A model generated the notes under the pieces. That model searched no databases. It worked only from the letters and a program-made list of their open reading frames with translations, and had not been told where the DNA came from. A stretch of DNA of 61,661 nucleotides, counting the filler, from Choristocarpus tenellus KU-1152 (taxonomy: Eukaryota > Protista > Phaeophyceae), in the NCBI GenBank assembly GCA_964200185.2. It is 10 parts of 10 records of this genome, joined end to end, with 100 filler letters (N's around TTAATTAATTAA, not from the genome) between each part and the next. Parts side by side here need not be neighbours in the genome. Positions count along the whole stretch, not along the records: positions 22,350 to 40,870 come from CAXNAD020000544.1; positions 40,971 to 44,523 come from CAXNAD020019304.1; positions 44,624 to 47,768 come from CAXNAD020022000.1; positions 47,869 to 52,119 come from CAXNAD020015480.1; 6 more parts are not named here. One strand, 5' to 3'. This document shows, piece after piece, positions 38,510 to 50,929 of the stretch (position 1 is its first letter; each line of letters starts with the position of its first letter). The translations under genes were made by a program, and so were the position numbers.

Positions 38510-39846
38510 TTGCCCCAGACCTTTAGTATGCGCCGTGGCTCTGTATTGCCTACCAAACATGAGCGCCTTTCGTGTCAAACCTCTTGCCTGATTGTCGTGG
38601 CAAGGGCATCCAAGACAAGAACACATTATAGTGGTAGTATTGTTTTAGCTGAGCATGTTGAACACACACACATGTAGCATGACGACATTGTTCTGTGACC
38701 TCAGAGGTGAGTGTAATTTTATGGTTCTGGGGTTTTGTTCAGAACTATTTCATCGGTGAGTTATTGTACAGAAGAAAATCGTTCTGACAAACCATATTCC
38801 CTCAGACAAGAGGGTCATGATCTTGTCCTTGTACATGTTTTATGTTGATCTAAGGTTAAACTTTTATAGCTTACACATGTTTTATGTTCATCTAAGTTTC
38901 ATCTTTCATAGCCTTTTATACCGGATAAGCTGTTGTTGGGTAACATGCATTGTCTTCCTATTTGTGGAGAAGATTTATATGAGGGAATTTTGATGGATGT
39001 AATGAAAACTTGTTGTCAGAAAGTTAAAAAAAGAAAATTACTAAGTGGCTAGTTTATGAATATTTTTTTGAACTTAAATTGACCACTCCAAGAAGAGTGC
39101 TGGTCAATTAAAACTTTACCGAGAATTCTGTCTCATATTTTTCTCTCCAAATTATTTCCCCAAACTCAGGTGACTACTGTAGTCATCCAATCACATACAA
39201 TAACACGTCTATGTGCCTGCCTTAGCCACAGTTATGCTTGCTGCTAATACAACCCGAGTAACCTCTATCCAACACTTCATTTAAGCAAAGCAAATCGAGT
39301 TGGTTGTGCTTGCATCTTGCCACTCTCTTGCCGTTACCAGCTATGAAATATCATAGGTGCTTACACAATCAGTTTTGTAGCGGCAATAAAAGAGCAAACC
39401 CTTCAAATTTCTATGGGTTTTCATACCAATACCCAAGATACTCAACCGCTCAAGATCACATTTTCATGACAAGAATTGACATGTGCGCATGGAAAATACT
39501 CTTAAGGAGTTCTACAAGAACATCATTTGGACAGCTACTTACATTAATCCTAGTTCTCAAGTCTTGCGTGAGCTCAACAATATACAAAACACTACAAATG
39601 TCCTTCTTATGTACAGGAGGAGTTACAGGTACAACAATGCCAACAATATTTGCACTTTGGCACATTTTGGACCTGCTGGCACCCTTGCAAAGTAAGCATA
39701 TTTACAGGCTAATCTTTGGCGATTCTCAGTAACTTAAACAACTATGTAAACCTCCGTACCTAGTCTGTTCTTAGTGTTACTCCCAATTCGCATGGTGAGC
39801 AAACAGCTCAATATGATGACCCCACAGAGTGCATTGATCCTGTTCT

Positions 39847-40850
39847 CTAGAATTTATGACTAGCCCCTCCAATTTGTTGATGACATGTTCGTTTCCTACG
39901 CCACTCCCACCTTGCAAGGTGAGCACCCAGCTCATTGTAAGGTCCTTCACGAGCACTGTTTGTAAGTGCCGCTGCCCCACTGCTGCTGCACAGCACAAAC
40001 ACATCAGTTGCCTTAGACGGGAAAGGCCATCCTGGGGGCCGGATTGATGCAGGCTGCAGTCCAAACGAGAAAGGTCCTTTTTGCCCACCCCTGAGCTTTG
40101 ATTTCGTTTCGTTGGGAGCGTCGAAGAACAGCTCCTCCCATTGACGTTTCCCTGAGAACGCCACAACCTTGGGAAAACCATTTATTGGGCTAAACGTTTG
40201 GCATGACTTCTTAGGGGCTGTTGTTTCGTCACCTTCTTCATTCTCTCCTTGTCCGTCCAACATCCGCTTCGCCGGAGGAAAATCTGTAACTTGCCGGCTG
40301 GAAGTGGATAATACACTTGCAGAGGATGCTGCTACTGTAGCTGCTGCTCGATCAACATGCGCCTCCAGCCGATCGTAAAAGCCCTTTCTCCACCCATGGA
40401 GGATATCTTTCTTGAAGGCACTGGAGTCAGTGCCTGGCTCGGAGTATCCCTGAACGCATTTGAGGACATAGTTGAATATGTGAGGATTGACTGATACACG
40501 TACATTTGGGAGGTTTCAAGGGGATTTGTCAATTCAGCTCCTGCAGTCGTTCGAATAAGACCCGTAAAATAGGTAGGCAAAGTTATGAGGTTGTTAGTAT
40601 TGTGTAGGATGATATTGGCAATCCATTAAGGTGATCACTCACCAAATCCGTAAAGCCAACACCACATTCAATAGGGCAATCGTCATCGTTGACCGCAGTG
40701 AAACCCTGGGGGGTGATACCAGCACTGGAAAGTAGCTTCCACATTCGGTTAGAGGGGTTGGCATAGTAATGTCCCAGCTCCCACGCCTTTTCACTAGGGT
40801 TGTGCCCCAACACAATTAAACGAAGGGGCCATTCTGGCTCGCCAGGTGAT
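39847..40850 (-). CDS. G/U mismatch-specific DNA glycosylase (MUG/TDG, UDG family 2); 5' end missing. Exons 40850-40643, 40449-39847
   Basis: LIVLGHNPS..AWELGHYYANPSNRMWKLL, GVGFTDL, PKVVAFSGKR, FGLQ and VLCSSSGA match family 2 UDG motifs in order. Confidence 0.88.
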
Positions 40851-41019
40851 CTGAAACGGTGGGGGGGGGGNNNNNNNNNNNNNNNNNNNNNNNNNNNNNN
40901 NNNNNNNNNNNNNNTTAATTAATTAANNNNNNNNNNNNNNNNNNNNNNNNNNNNNNNNNNNNNNNNNNNNTATATCAAGGTGTCATCGGACCCCGGTGTG
41001 TGTGTGTGTGTGTTGATTT

Positions 41020-42238
41020 CATCAGGATTTGCCTTGTCAGACATGACTGGGACAGGAACTGCCTCTCCATGAAAGAAGAGGTTGATGGCCTCATTTTCTT
41101 ACCTCATACCTCTTCTGTGACCTCTACAACCATTATGCTGCAGGGTGGCTCAGTTCGCAACCTCCCAAGGGACAGCATTAGGGTTTGGCTGCTTACCACT
41201 ACACAAAGAATGCGTGAGGTGTTCTGTAACTTCTCCGGAGGTTGCAGGGTCCAGGCCGACAAAAACTCTGAGCTCTTAATGAAGTTGTTTGAAACGAAGC
41301 TGAAAGTTAGTGTCTCTTGATGTAATTTATCGTGTCAGTCAAACCAAGTAGGCAGTGTTGCATTTCAAGGATCCCGAGAAAGGGAAGAACAATACATTTG
41401 GTACAATTGTAGGAGGAGACTTTGCTGAATCGTGGTGTCATTTTGTATGTGGAAAGGAGGGATATCAAATTATATGAACTATAAATTGTGCACATGAAGC
41501 AATGGAACAATTTCGAGTTTGTTGCACAGGGAAAGAAAGACGGGGTCCAGAGCTGCCTATCTCTCAATCGATTTGGCTCTGAGCTAGTTGCTGATGTTCT
41601 GGTTATATTTTTCTGTGTCGATAACCATGATATGTAAGGGGTCGGTCTTTGATTTGATACTGTGACTCGACGGCAATGATAGAGTGATCTATACATCACA
41701 GAAAGCTAGACCAAAGAAGAAGAAAATCGATAATTATAGCTCTTCCATCATCTCCCATAACAGTCCTGATTCTTGTCTGTATTACACAACTTCAAATCAT
41801 AGCTCAGCTTCCAATGCATCAAGTAATCACAGATAAAACAACTGTGCTGAGCTCTTAAGCTTGAGAAGTGGGCCCTGCTGCATCAGGAAATATTGCACCG
41901 GTTAACATTTGAAATCCAGGAGACACTGATGGGGTACAGTTGTAGGATGTTGTTTTGCATACTACCCGGTCAGTGCTGCCTTTCTGTCTTGTTCATCAGC
42001 AGGCCACAACAACAATCCTGATTGTGCAGATCATTCAAACAGATCATGGGATGAAGCTATCTTTAGATGCTAATGATATCCACCTAGTTCTTCTGTTGCT
42101 GAGTACAGTTTTCATTTCAAATAGTTTCATCTCCTCAAGATGATATGTAGACTGAAGATATAACCTCATCCTCCCACTGTGATACTTACCCAGGCAGAGC
42201 AACTGGAATTAGACCAGGCTGATGAACGGAGGCTAGAG
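41020..42238 (+). other. Possible exon fragments of an unidentified gene or pseudogene
   Basis: AG/GT-bounded open segments near 41143-41306, 41530-41632 and 42194-42238; no recognisable motif. Confidence 0.25.
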
Positions 42239-42493
42239 GTGGGTACTGTTGGGCTTAAACCGTTGCAGCTCAAATTGGAGAATTTAAGAGACCAAGAGAC
42301 AGTGGGTATGATACAAAAAAACAACATATGCAAGAATATCCTTAACATCGCATTGAGTTGATATGGGATCCTCTCACCTGCAACCTCCTGAATTCTAACA
42401 ATACAAGTATCATGATTATTATATATTTTGCTTTTTGATTACCAAAAGTGAATATATTCTTATTACAATTACAATAGGTCTTAAGTCATATTT

Positions 42494-42559
42494 TTATGCC
42501 CTCTGACATTTTGCAGATGTTTGAGGGGGAAAACCAATGAAAACTATTCACATGTCAGA
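42494..42559 (+). repeat. Dispersed hairpin-containing repeat, family C (also ~47677-47742 +, ~50862-50895 -, ~56195-56267 +)
   Basis: TTATGCCCTCTGACATTTTGCAGATGT.T.AGGGGGAAAACCAATGAAAACTATTCAC.TGTCAGA recurs on different contigs. Confidence 0.7.
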
Positions 42560-42988
42560 ATAGCTCCTAAAAAAGTAATGGTTGTCATAAGTGTGAAAGC
42601 CGTTCATCTATTTACTAACCTGGAATATTTTACTACCAGCTATGCTACTTCGCTGCCTTCCTGTGCCTCCAACCTAGCTTGATCCTGCGCCCCAGGGTGA
42701 GGAGCTAGGGAAGCATCCCAAGAACCTAACAAGCCCCTCCTTGCTCATCTCCCTGGTGTATCCAGCTTAAAACGCGTGGCACATCTAGATAGGTCTACTT
42801 GTGTTGCAACAGAGACTATCTGTCATAGACATCAACCAACTCTAACCATGACCCCAATCATCGCTTTGAAGGAGACCTAGTTTTCTGATACATTATTATT
42901 GTGATTCTTGAACTTGTCTACAAAATTCCTATGATTTTATTAAAAACATGTATTCACTATATACAGTAATTGCCATAGCTAAATTGAT

Positions 42989-43247
42989 GAGCCAAAGTAT
43001 CTTAGAGGGTACAGCCATGTCCATTTTGGGGCCAAAGTTCAATGTTGCATTTTTGATGTAATTTTGGTTGTTGTGTGTGTTAGGAAGTGTCCATATCCTT
43101 GTTCCAAACACACCTTTTCATAACGTATATATTTTACCTGCTCCGAAACTTTTTGGCGAAGGAAAATGTAATAAAACGCCCATGGGAAACCAAGCCCCCA
43201 AATGGACAAACAGGGCAAATCTCGTACCCTCTAAGATTCTTTCACTC
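42989..43247 (+). mobile_element. MITE family B, full length, TSD TGAT/TGTT
   Basis: TIRs and internal sequence as in other family B copies. Confidence 0.9.
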
Positions 43248-44672
43248 TGTTGCTATACTTATTATCTTCTAAATTGATTTTTTTTTAAATATCTTTTTAT
43301 TTAATACTTCATTGTCAGCATCTAAATGTATTCATTATATAGAGTATTCTTATGATCAAACATTTTTGTACTTGTTATTACTATCTTTTCTTCAATATCA
43401 TTATTTTCACTATTACTACAGAACTCAAATTATTGTTCTCACATCAGTACTTGTTGCAAGACATTAAAAATTATATGCAAGCACCTCCTCTATAGAGCTT
43501 TCTTATACCTCTCACACACATAGTGTTTAAAACCAAGGGATTCCTTATCGTCCGTCCGTCCATCCATCCATCTTTCCGTCCGTCCGCCCATATATTAGCT
43601 GTACCCACTATCATCCTCATGTGCAGAATAAGGAATAGTTACAGTTTGTATGTAGGTCAACTTTCGACACAATACCTTGACTTCAACATATGATACCTTG
43701 TATGCAAAAGACTCAAGGATTCACTCCAGGCCCCATCCTCCTCTCTGTCCCTCTCCCTATTGTATGTGCGCAAACGCTGAGGGATTCATTCCCTCTCAGA
43801 GGAGTCCATAAATATTTGTGTAGATTTTAATATGGAAAAATAATCGATATTTTTCTATAACTTTGAAGCCATTCAATATATTTTTCCAATTATTTTATGC
43901 ATTCATCATTATTATCACTCCTCATGTTGAACAATGCATTCTTTCAACTAACAGTGTTGGCATCATATTACAATTAGCGTTACAAGTCAAAAAGAACTTT
44001 GGTTAGATTCAAGGTAACTAGAAAAAATTCAATTAATGTGATTGAACAAACTGTTGGTGCACAGGCAAATACCCTCAAAACTTCTGGGCTTGAACGGAGC
44101 CCCTCCATACAGACGAAATGTTGTCCTACACTCTTTCCTGGCCTTTTTCTCATCTCCACAGGCGTGTTCTCTGGTAGTGTTTGAGATGGACTATTGTTCA
44201 TTCATGTCCTGCTTTAGAGGATAGCTGAAGATGTATGACGGGTTGACAGATAGGTAAAGAAAAACACTAAGATCGAAATACTCCAAAGGCTTCAGGCAGA
44301 CCCAAGGCCATGAATGTGTAGAGTGTTGTGGGTAGTGACACCTTGTGGCCAATGAATGCACTAGGTTGTGCTGTGTGTGATTTTGTGACTTCTGAGAAGT
44401 TTAGCCCTACTTCTGCTTGTACTGTATGAATACCCCCCCCCCCCAAATAACCAAATAATTTTGGTTCAGTTTTGCTCTTTCCAATTGATTGAGCTCAATT
44501 CCAATGACCTGTTACCGTTCAAANNNNNNNNNNNNNNNNNNNNNNNNNNNNNNNNNNNNNNNNNNNNTTAATTAATTAANNNNNNNNNNNNNNNNNNNNN
44601 NNNNNNNNNNNNNNNNNNNNNNNTGCTTGGTCGGATGGTGCTTGGTTTGAGTAGTGCGCTCCATGGTCGGAT

Positions 44673-44840
44673 GTGGGGGGGGGGGGGTGGGGTCTACACC
44701 AGGGTGTCCATTTGGGCATAACCAGGAAAAGTCTACTTACATTATCCATCCGATGTATGCAACCAATTCACCCAAAAATCACAACATGAAAAATTGGCTC
44801 CAAATGGACAGCCGACACCCCCCCTACAGATATTTGATCC
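44673..44840 (+). mobile_element. MITE family A, left TIR degraded
   Basis: GTCTACACCAGGGTGTCCATTTGGGC...CCAAATGGACAGCC...CAGATATTTGATCC. Confidence 0.8.
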
Positions 44841-44922
44841 CCATGTTAGTTCTCACCAGCACAGGAACAAACTATTACCAGCAACAACCCCCCATCATCG
44901 CCTTTGCTTGCGCGCAATACAG

Positions 44923-45739
44923 GAGTGTTTCGAGGCCACAAGGCAGCAGGAGTTGCGGTTATTGAAGACAATGGAAGTAGAAAAGGTTAAGCAATCCAAC
45001 CAGGATATGCTTTCCCGTTTGCAGCAGCTTGATACCAAGGTTGGCTCTCTGGGACAGCTGTGTCAAGAACTATTTTCTCTTACCATCATGAACTCCCCAA
45101 CACCTGACCAATTTCTTGTAATCATTGGAGTGCCAGTATCCATCATCAAAATGCCAACTCCGTGAACACCTTGCATGTAGGGTGAAAAAGTTGACATTCA
45201 CCAATAACAACACCCACTAGCACTTCAAAGGACCTGTCTCTCGAATCAAAGGAACAATGCGTAAATCATGTTCCCTCACATGGCATTTGGTGTGATAGTA
45301 CCAATATTCTGTCCAGTACCCTTTACCCCAAAACCCTGCTCACCCCATGTCTTACCTCGGAGTAATTTGTGCTACGATTCTCCACCAACATTAGCAAGCA
45401 CTTTCATCCAGGATTAAGCCTAAGCCTTTGTTCCATTCTTCAATCCCATAACATCAGCTCAGTGAGATGCAGCACACAAAGAATGAGATGCATGCGCTGG
45501 CCATAGGTTTGCGAAAAAAGAACGCAAGCCTGAGGAACGAGCTTAGGCATCTTAAGCTCAAGGCAGAAACTGCAGGCCCTTCTTCTCCAGCTGGAAGCGT
45601 CTCTGGCAACGGCCGAAACAGTTATCTAAATACCAGAGGATCACACAGCAAAGGGCGTGCCAACCACAGGTCTGTCGCAAAGGGACCTCAATGCACTATT
45701 AGTGATCAAGAAATAAATATAGAAAAAAAGGCTTGTTGA
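44923..45739 (+). CDS. Exons (44923-45039, 45458-45739) of a coiled-coil protein; partial
   Basis: Phase-0 AG/GT exons encode heptad-like ECFEATRQQELRLLK...LQQLDTK|LSEMQHTKNEMHALAIGLRKKNASLRNELRHLK. Confidence 0.65.
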
Positions 45740-46600
45740 CATGACTACTTTCAACACTCATTACGACTCGAAGCATCCTACCGTAAAACACATTGAATTC
45801 TACTTGACAAAGATATCAAGCCCATTTTCTTCCCAGATTTCTATCCCTTCTACGCCCTCGATTATGCTATCATCATGTAAATGAACCATAAAAACCTAAA
45901 TCAGGGCAGTATGGAGCCAATGAAGATGCTCCAGAGAACTTCATTTTTGTAGGAGCATAATTTGCTAGTCACTGAGTCAAGCCCGATGTTAGCCACCAAA
46001 TTACTCTTGTTTTTTTCTTGTTATCTTAGTATGTGAAGAGGTGGGAATAAGCCAGTATAGTACTTCTGGTTGTGTAGTGTGGCATTTTCTCGTGATGTTG
46101 GACCACAGTACAGGTTCCCTCAGGACAAATCTATCCGAAAAATATCGGTGGATGTGATACGAAATGTTACTAATCTATTTCACAGGGAGCAACTTCATAA
46201 TTTTTCACGTATGACATCCACTAAGTTTATTGTATGCTCATCTCTACCTTGGTTGCCATGTGACTGTTATTTTTGTTGGTTCCTGTTGCACTCGATATAA
46301 CCCATGAAGGTATTTGAATGTCCACCCTTCAACCCTGCTGTGGAGGTTTTGATGAGCTTTCCCAGGCCATATCCCCGATAGAGAACGAATGTTACCACCA
46401 AAGTTCTTGCATTTCTATCCTTCTTCCATGAGGTGGCTGTTTCGATACAATAAGCGGAATACTATTTTATGTCGATATCTACATTAGGTTTTCTGAAGAA
46501 TATGGCTTGCGGTGAGACCTGTTCTTCTTCTACACAGAGTCAAGGTTGACAGGCCCCATGTCATCTAGCTGCTTTAAAGGAGGTGGTAGGCCTGAACTTT
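45740..46600 (-). pseudogene. Decayed pogo/Fot1-like DDE transposase
   Basis: Ordered degenerate motifs EHTINLVDV, TSRENATL....TGLFPPLHIL, IWEENGLDIF and TVGCFES correspond to pogo N.DE, RE..T...G..PP..I, EN.I.L and QPLDVG.F. Confidence 0.55.
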
Positions 46601-47745
46601 CCTGTGAAGTACTCCTGGACTGACTCCCTCTTGGGCCCCCCGTCCGAGTTTAAGCATGGTATGCCACCCTTCCACTCCTCTGCTTGTTTTTCTCCTTGTT
46701 CCTACTGAACAAAAGCGCATTTGACCATAGCCTTTGCGTCACAACACTGACACCTTCAAAACCGAAGGTGCCGAAGTTTATTCTTCCATTAGTCCCAGTC
46801 TTTCAGAACAGCAAGGTCCACTCTCTTCCAGAAGCTACGGCGCTTCAATAGTTTCTTGCCTGCTCGCTGAATACTAATAGTGTTTCCTTTTGCCATGCTT
46901 GGATACTCCCATTAAACATCCAACGCTGCTTTCCTTCCAAGACTTCCCCTGCTGACCTCCACGATGCTCGTCTCCATCAGTTCGTCAGTCTCTTGGGGGC
47001 CATGTTGCTGTGAAAGACTATTCTGGGGCAACCTCTCGTACAACCTGAATATTCGATCCGCCATTGTCACCAGGCTTCAACATCCCCATGATCTTCAGTC
47101 ACCCCTCAGCATTGAGGTTTCAAGAAACGCATCATCTCTGTCCCATTCATAACATCTTTTTCCTTATTTCGGTAGCAAGATGGGACGCATCCACGCAAAC
47201 ATCACCAAATGCCCTTCTTGACGATGAACCAAGATTATCGCAAGTTGATGCACCCTCCCTCTTTGCTGGCACAGACACCGATTTTTATTAATCAATGCTT
47301 GAGACAGAGAGCCTTGTCTATGTCAACCTCCTCTTCTTTCAGAAGGGTGCTCATTTGTAGCACCAGGAACCCATGAAAGGCACTCTGAGGTCTTGATTTG
47401 TTGTTTCGAGATGTTAGCCTATGAACATACACATTTACTATTGCTTACATTCTATATGTGAGTTTGAGGGGTCCCACACGCCTGATCGAAATTTAGTCAG
47501 AATATAAGATGTCAATATACCCTATAACATATGAACGTCCCACCTCCAACTTTTAAAACATCTCGCACAATGTGAAAACCCTCTGTTTTTGTTCTTTCGT
47601 TACAAGATTACTAGTTCTTTTTCATTATATTGAAGTTGTCTTTGTTTTTTTTCAAACTACTTTATATTATATATTATTATGCCCTCTTACATTTTTCAGA
47701 TGTGTCAGGGGGAAAACCAATGAAAACTATTCACCTGTCAGACTA

Positions 47746-47768
47746 GGGTCAAAGTATCTTGGGGGGGG
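47746..47768 (+). mobile_element. MITE family A, one end, truncated
   Basis: GGGTCAAAGTATCTTGGGGGGGG. Confidence 0.65.
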
Positions 47769-47868
47769 NNNNNNNNNNNNNNNNNNNNNNNNNNNNNNNN
47801 NNNNNNNNNNNNTTAATTAATTAANNNNNNNNNNNNNNNNNNNNNNNNNNNNNNNNNNNNNNNNNNNN

Positions 47869-48054
47869 GGGGCAGGTGGCGCTAGGTTTGGGGGGGTGGG
47901 GGGGTTCTACTCCAGGGTGTCCATTTGGGCCAAAAACAGGAAAGGTGCATTTACGTTATCCATCGGACTTATGCAACCAAATCACCCAAAAATCGCGACA
48001 AGGAAAAATTGACCCCCAAATGGACAGCCTCCACCCCCCCAGATACTTTGAGCC
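47869..48054 (+). mobile_element. MITE family A, left TIR missing
   Basis: CCAGGGTGTCCATTTGGGCC...CCCAAATGGACAGCC...CCCAGATACTTTGAGCC. Confidence 0.85.
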
Positions 48055-48259
48055 AGTTGAAGGAGCAGATTTCAGCATGAATTGTGGGGGTTCAAACCCA
48101 ACTAATACCATACTTCTTTCAATGGAATTCTGGTTTCGATAAAATCTAAAGAGGTCAACACGGTTATCACTACGGATTAACACTGGTAATAATAGGATGA
48201 TTTACATGATGTATCTATATCTGTAACCATTAAAAAACCCGTCAGACCAAGGACGATGA

Positions 48260-49300
48260 GTAGTTACGGCTCATGACGAGAGGCTCTAAGCCCGTTCAGG
48301 CGAAAGGTTTCGAGGTAGGTGGTGGAGCGATGAGCAGTGGTGATATGGTTAACCCAATCAACAGGAGGAGTACGAAGGTATGAACGAGGCAGTAAAATGA
48401 GTCCAATTGGTGTCGTAGATTTGAATTTAAAATATGTGAAGTACTGGGTGTGCATTGCCTCTGACCACCAGTTGGCATAGTTCCATAAGAACAATATTAG
48501 TACATGTAAAAAAAAAATGGTTGTAAAATTATTACATAATTTACATTCTAAGATACTCCGTAAATTATTTCTAGGTAATACGATGTTTCGTACTACTTGG
48601 TGTGGAAGAAGGTATATACATGTAATATGGAAAGAATATTGGTAACGCAACTCGTTTTTTCTTTTGCTGTAGCGTTTGCATTTTCTCAAACACTATTATT
48701 CAATATCCCGTTCCTCTTTCCTCCAATTTCCTAACACTATCTCTGGTCACCAACCACATAATGGATGGCATCATTACAGGAGGAAAAATATCGAGGATAA
48801 CTAATACATACACAACAGGGAATACGAAATTGCGATGTATGAGACTGGTTGTCACAGACACCACAATAAATTGTCAAGATTTTTTAAAATAGCTGTGTCT
48901 ACCCCTGTATCGACTATAAGTTCGGGTGATGGACAACGGCATACATGCAACTGTTTCAGGTAGGACACTAAACTGTACCTGTCCTTGCTATCGTTCGTGT
49001 AACCACAGTGCATTTCTGCGGCAACATGTCAGGCCTTAGGTAATCGATCCCCGATAGCAATCCCACACAATCCCTGTTCTATCCACAAGCGACACAAGGG
49101 CAACCAACAATTGCGCGTTGCTGCTAGTGAATGGCTGAGGCGGGTGGTAGTGCCATGATCCTTCCACTCCTTCGTGTCCTTCTGCGTTGATATGCAAACT
49201 AGCACCTGTGGACGCATACCAATCCCCAGCGCAATATACCGCCATACTTTATGGCTGTAACCGACCACTCATTCGAGAAAATCGATTATGCGCGTTCAGA
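48260..49300 (-). mobile_element. Possible heavily decayed LTR-retroelement integrase region
   Basis: Weak motifs LHINAEGHEGV (HHCC-like) and DWVNHITTAHRSTTYLETFRL (resembles the integrase YN..H.ST..SPF.L motif). Confidence 0.25.
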
Positions 49301-50929
49301 TGATCGAGAAATGTTACAATTTGAGGGGTAAGGCGCAGCTGAACACTCCACTTCCCTTCTCCACTTCCCGTAATAATCCCAGTATGTCCACCGTACCCAC
49401 AGCATAGGATAGGTATCTTTCCCGCACTACCAAAAAGTGGTATTGCTTTCCACCAACCCTCGGCGACCCTGGCGATAGAGATAATTGTAGAGAGAATCAC
49501 AGACAGTGCATGGTCAGAGCTGATGTCAGCAGGGACCGAAAACGAGGATATTTGGAGGACTAACACACGACGACACTATAAAATAGCACATTTGACGGAA
49601 TATCTATGAGCTCGCAACCGTTTGTGGCGATCCAAACCTAGTATTCGACCCAAGCCTTCACAAAATTCCTTGGCAACCAAACGAGCAAAATACTCGAGGG
49701 AAAATGACTATCTCAATTTGCGCATCACGGGTTAGAATTCAAGGTGGGTTTGTTGCCTACTTCGGTGGTTTTCTCCTTTCCACTCACAAAACGCTAATCG
49801 TGAAGAAAAAATAGGACCAGTGCCTGAATACTTACCTAAAGACACAACACCCGTAGTCTTATCTAACTTCACACACCAACAGCGTGAAGAGAAATCAATG
49901 TACTTGGAACAGTATTGGTTGGTAGAGAACGATCTTTCAAGGGGGTGTTGCATACCCAGTAGATGGTTTTAGAAGAATAGTACATATTCTTAGTTACTAC
50001 AAATTATTAGCACTGTCGTGTCCATGCTTTTGGTTGTGTTGTTCCAACATATATTATTAGGAGCGGGAGGATATAGTAGGAAAGGGATTGTCCAGTACTA
50101 TTTGAGAGAGATAGTGTGTCACTGCACAAGCGACTTTCAAGCTAGGGACACCAGGCAGATGAACAAGAAGGGGTCTGTCAGATTCTTGGGATGCTTTCTA
50201 GCTCCTCGCCTACCTTTATAGGGTTAAGCTAGGTTAGCAGAATAGCAGTGTACACATACCATTGTGGCTGATAACCTTAAAGGGAGTGTTGTAGTATAAC
50301 GTTTCGTTGGTTATTCCCCTGACACATCTCCAAAATGTCAGAGGGAATAATGATAAAAGTACCTAGTATTCAAATAGCAAATATTTCTTGGAGAGGTATA
50401 GAAAGCACGGTTGTTGTCTATTACCATACCGTAGTTGCCGTACGCCAAATACCGACATACTGATCGATGTTCTTTTCTGAGAACTTCGTTCCAACTTTGG
50501 AGGATCTTTGAAAGGATAGTCTTCGGTTACTTCCCCTGACGTCTCTTCATGAGGACGTTTTCCGAAGGCGGATCTCCCACCCTCTGAGGAATCTCTTTTC
50601 TGAATCCCATCTGAACCGTGATCCTACCCACTTCGTCATTCCTTATCCTCGTGTCCAACCTGAACTTCGTCTCCCTGGTTAAGGTTCGTCTTGGTCCGTC
50701 TGGTCAGTTTTCTCGGTGATTCTGTTCAGCACTTCTGGCCTGGGTAAAACACACTGTCACAGAATCATTAGTTCACATTGACGACACCACAGAGGTATCT
50801 GTTGCTTTAATGTCAACTGTTATTTTTACAGAGTCCTTGTGATATTAGTTTAGCTTTTTGCTTGACACATCTACAAAATTTCAGGGGGCATAATATTGTA
50901 TACTGTGAATTCTTCAATGGGGTGTGTGA

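Noticed and set aside
39304-39732. Overlapping ORFs between the carrier and glycosylase genes
   Set aside because: No recognisable domain or splice structure; likely 3' UTR or intergenic.
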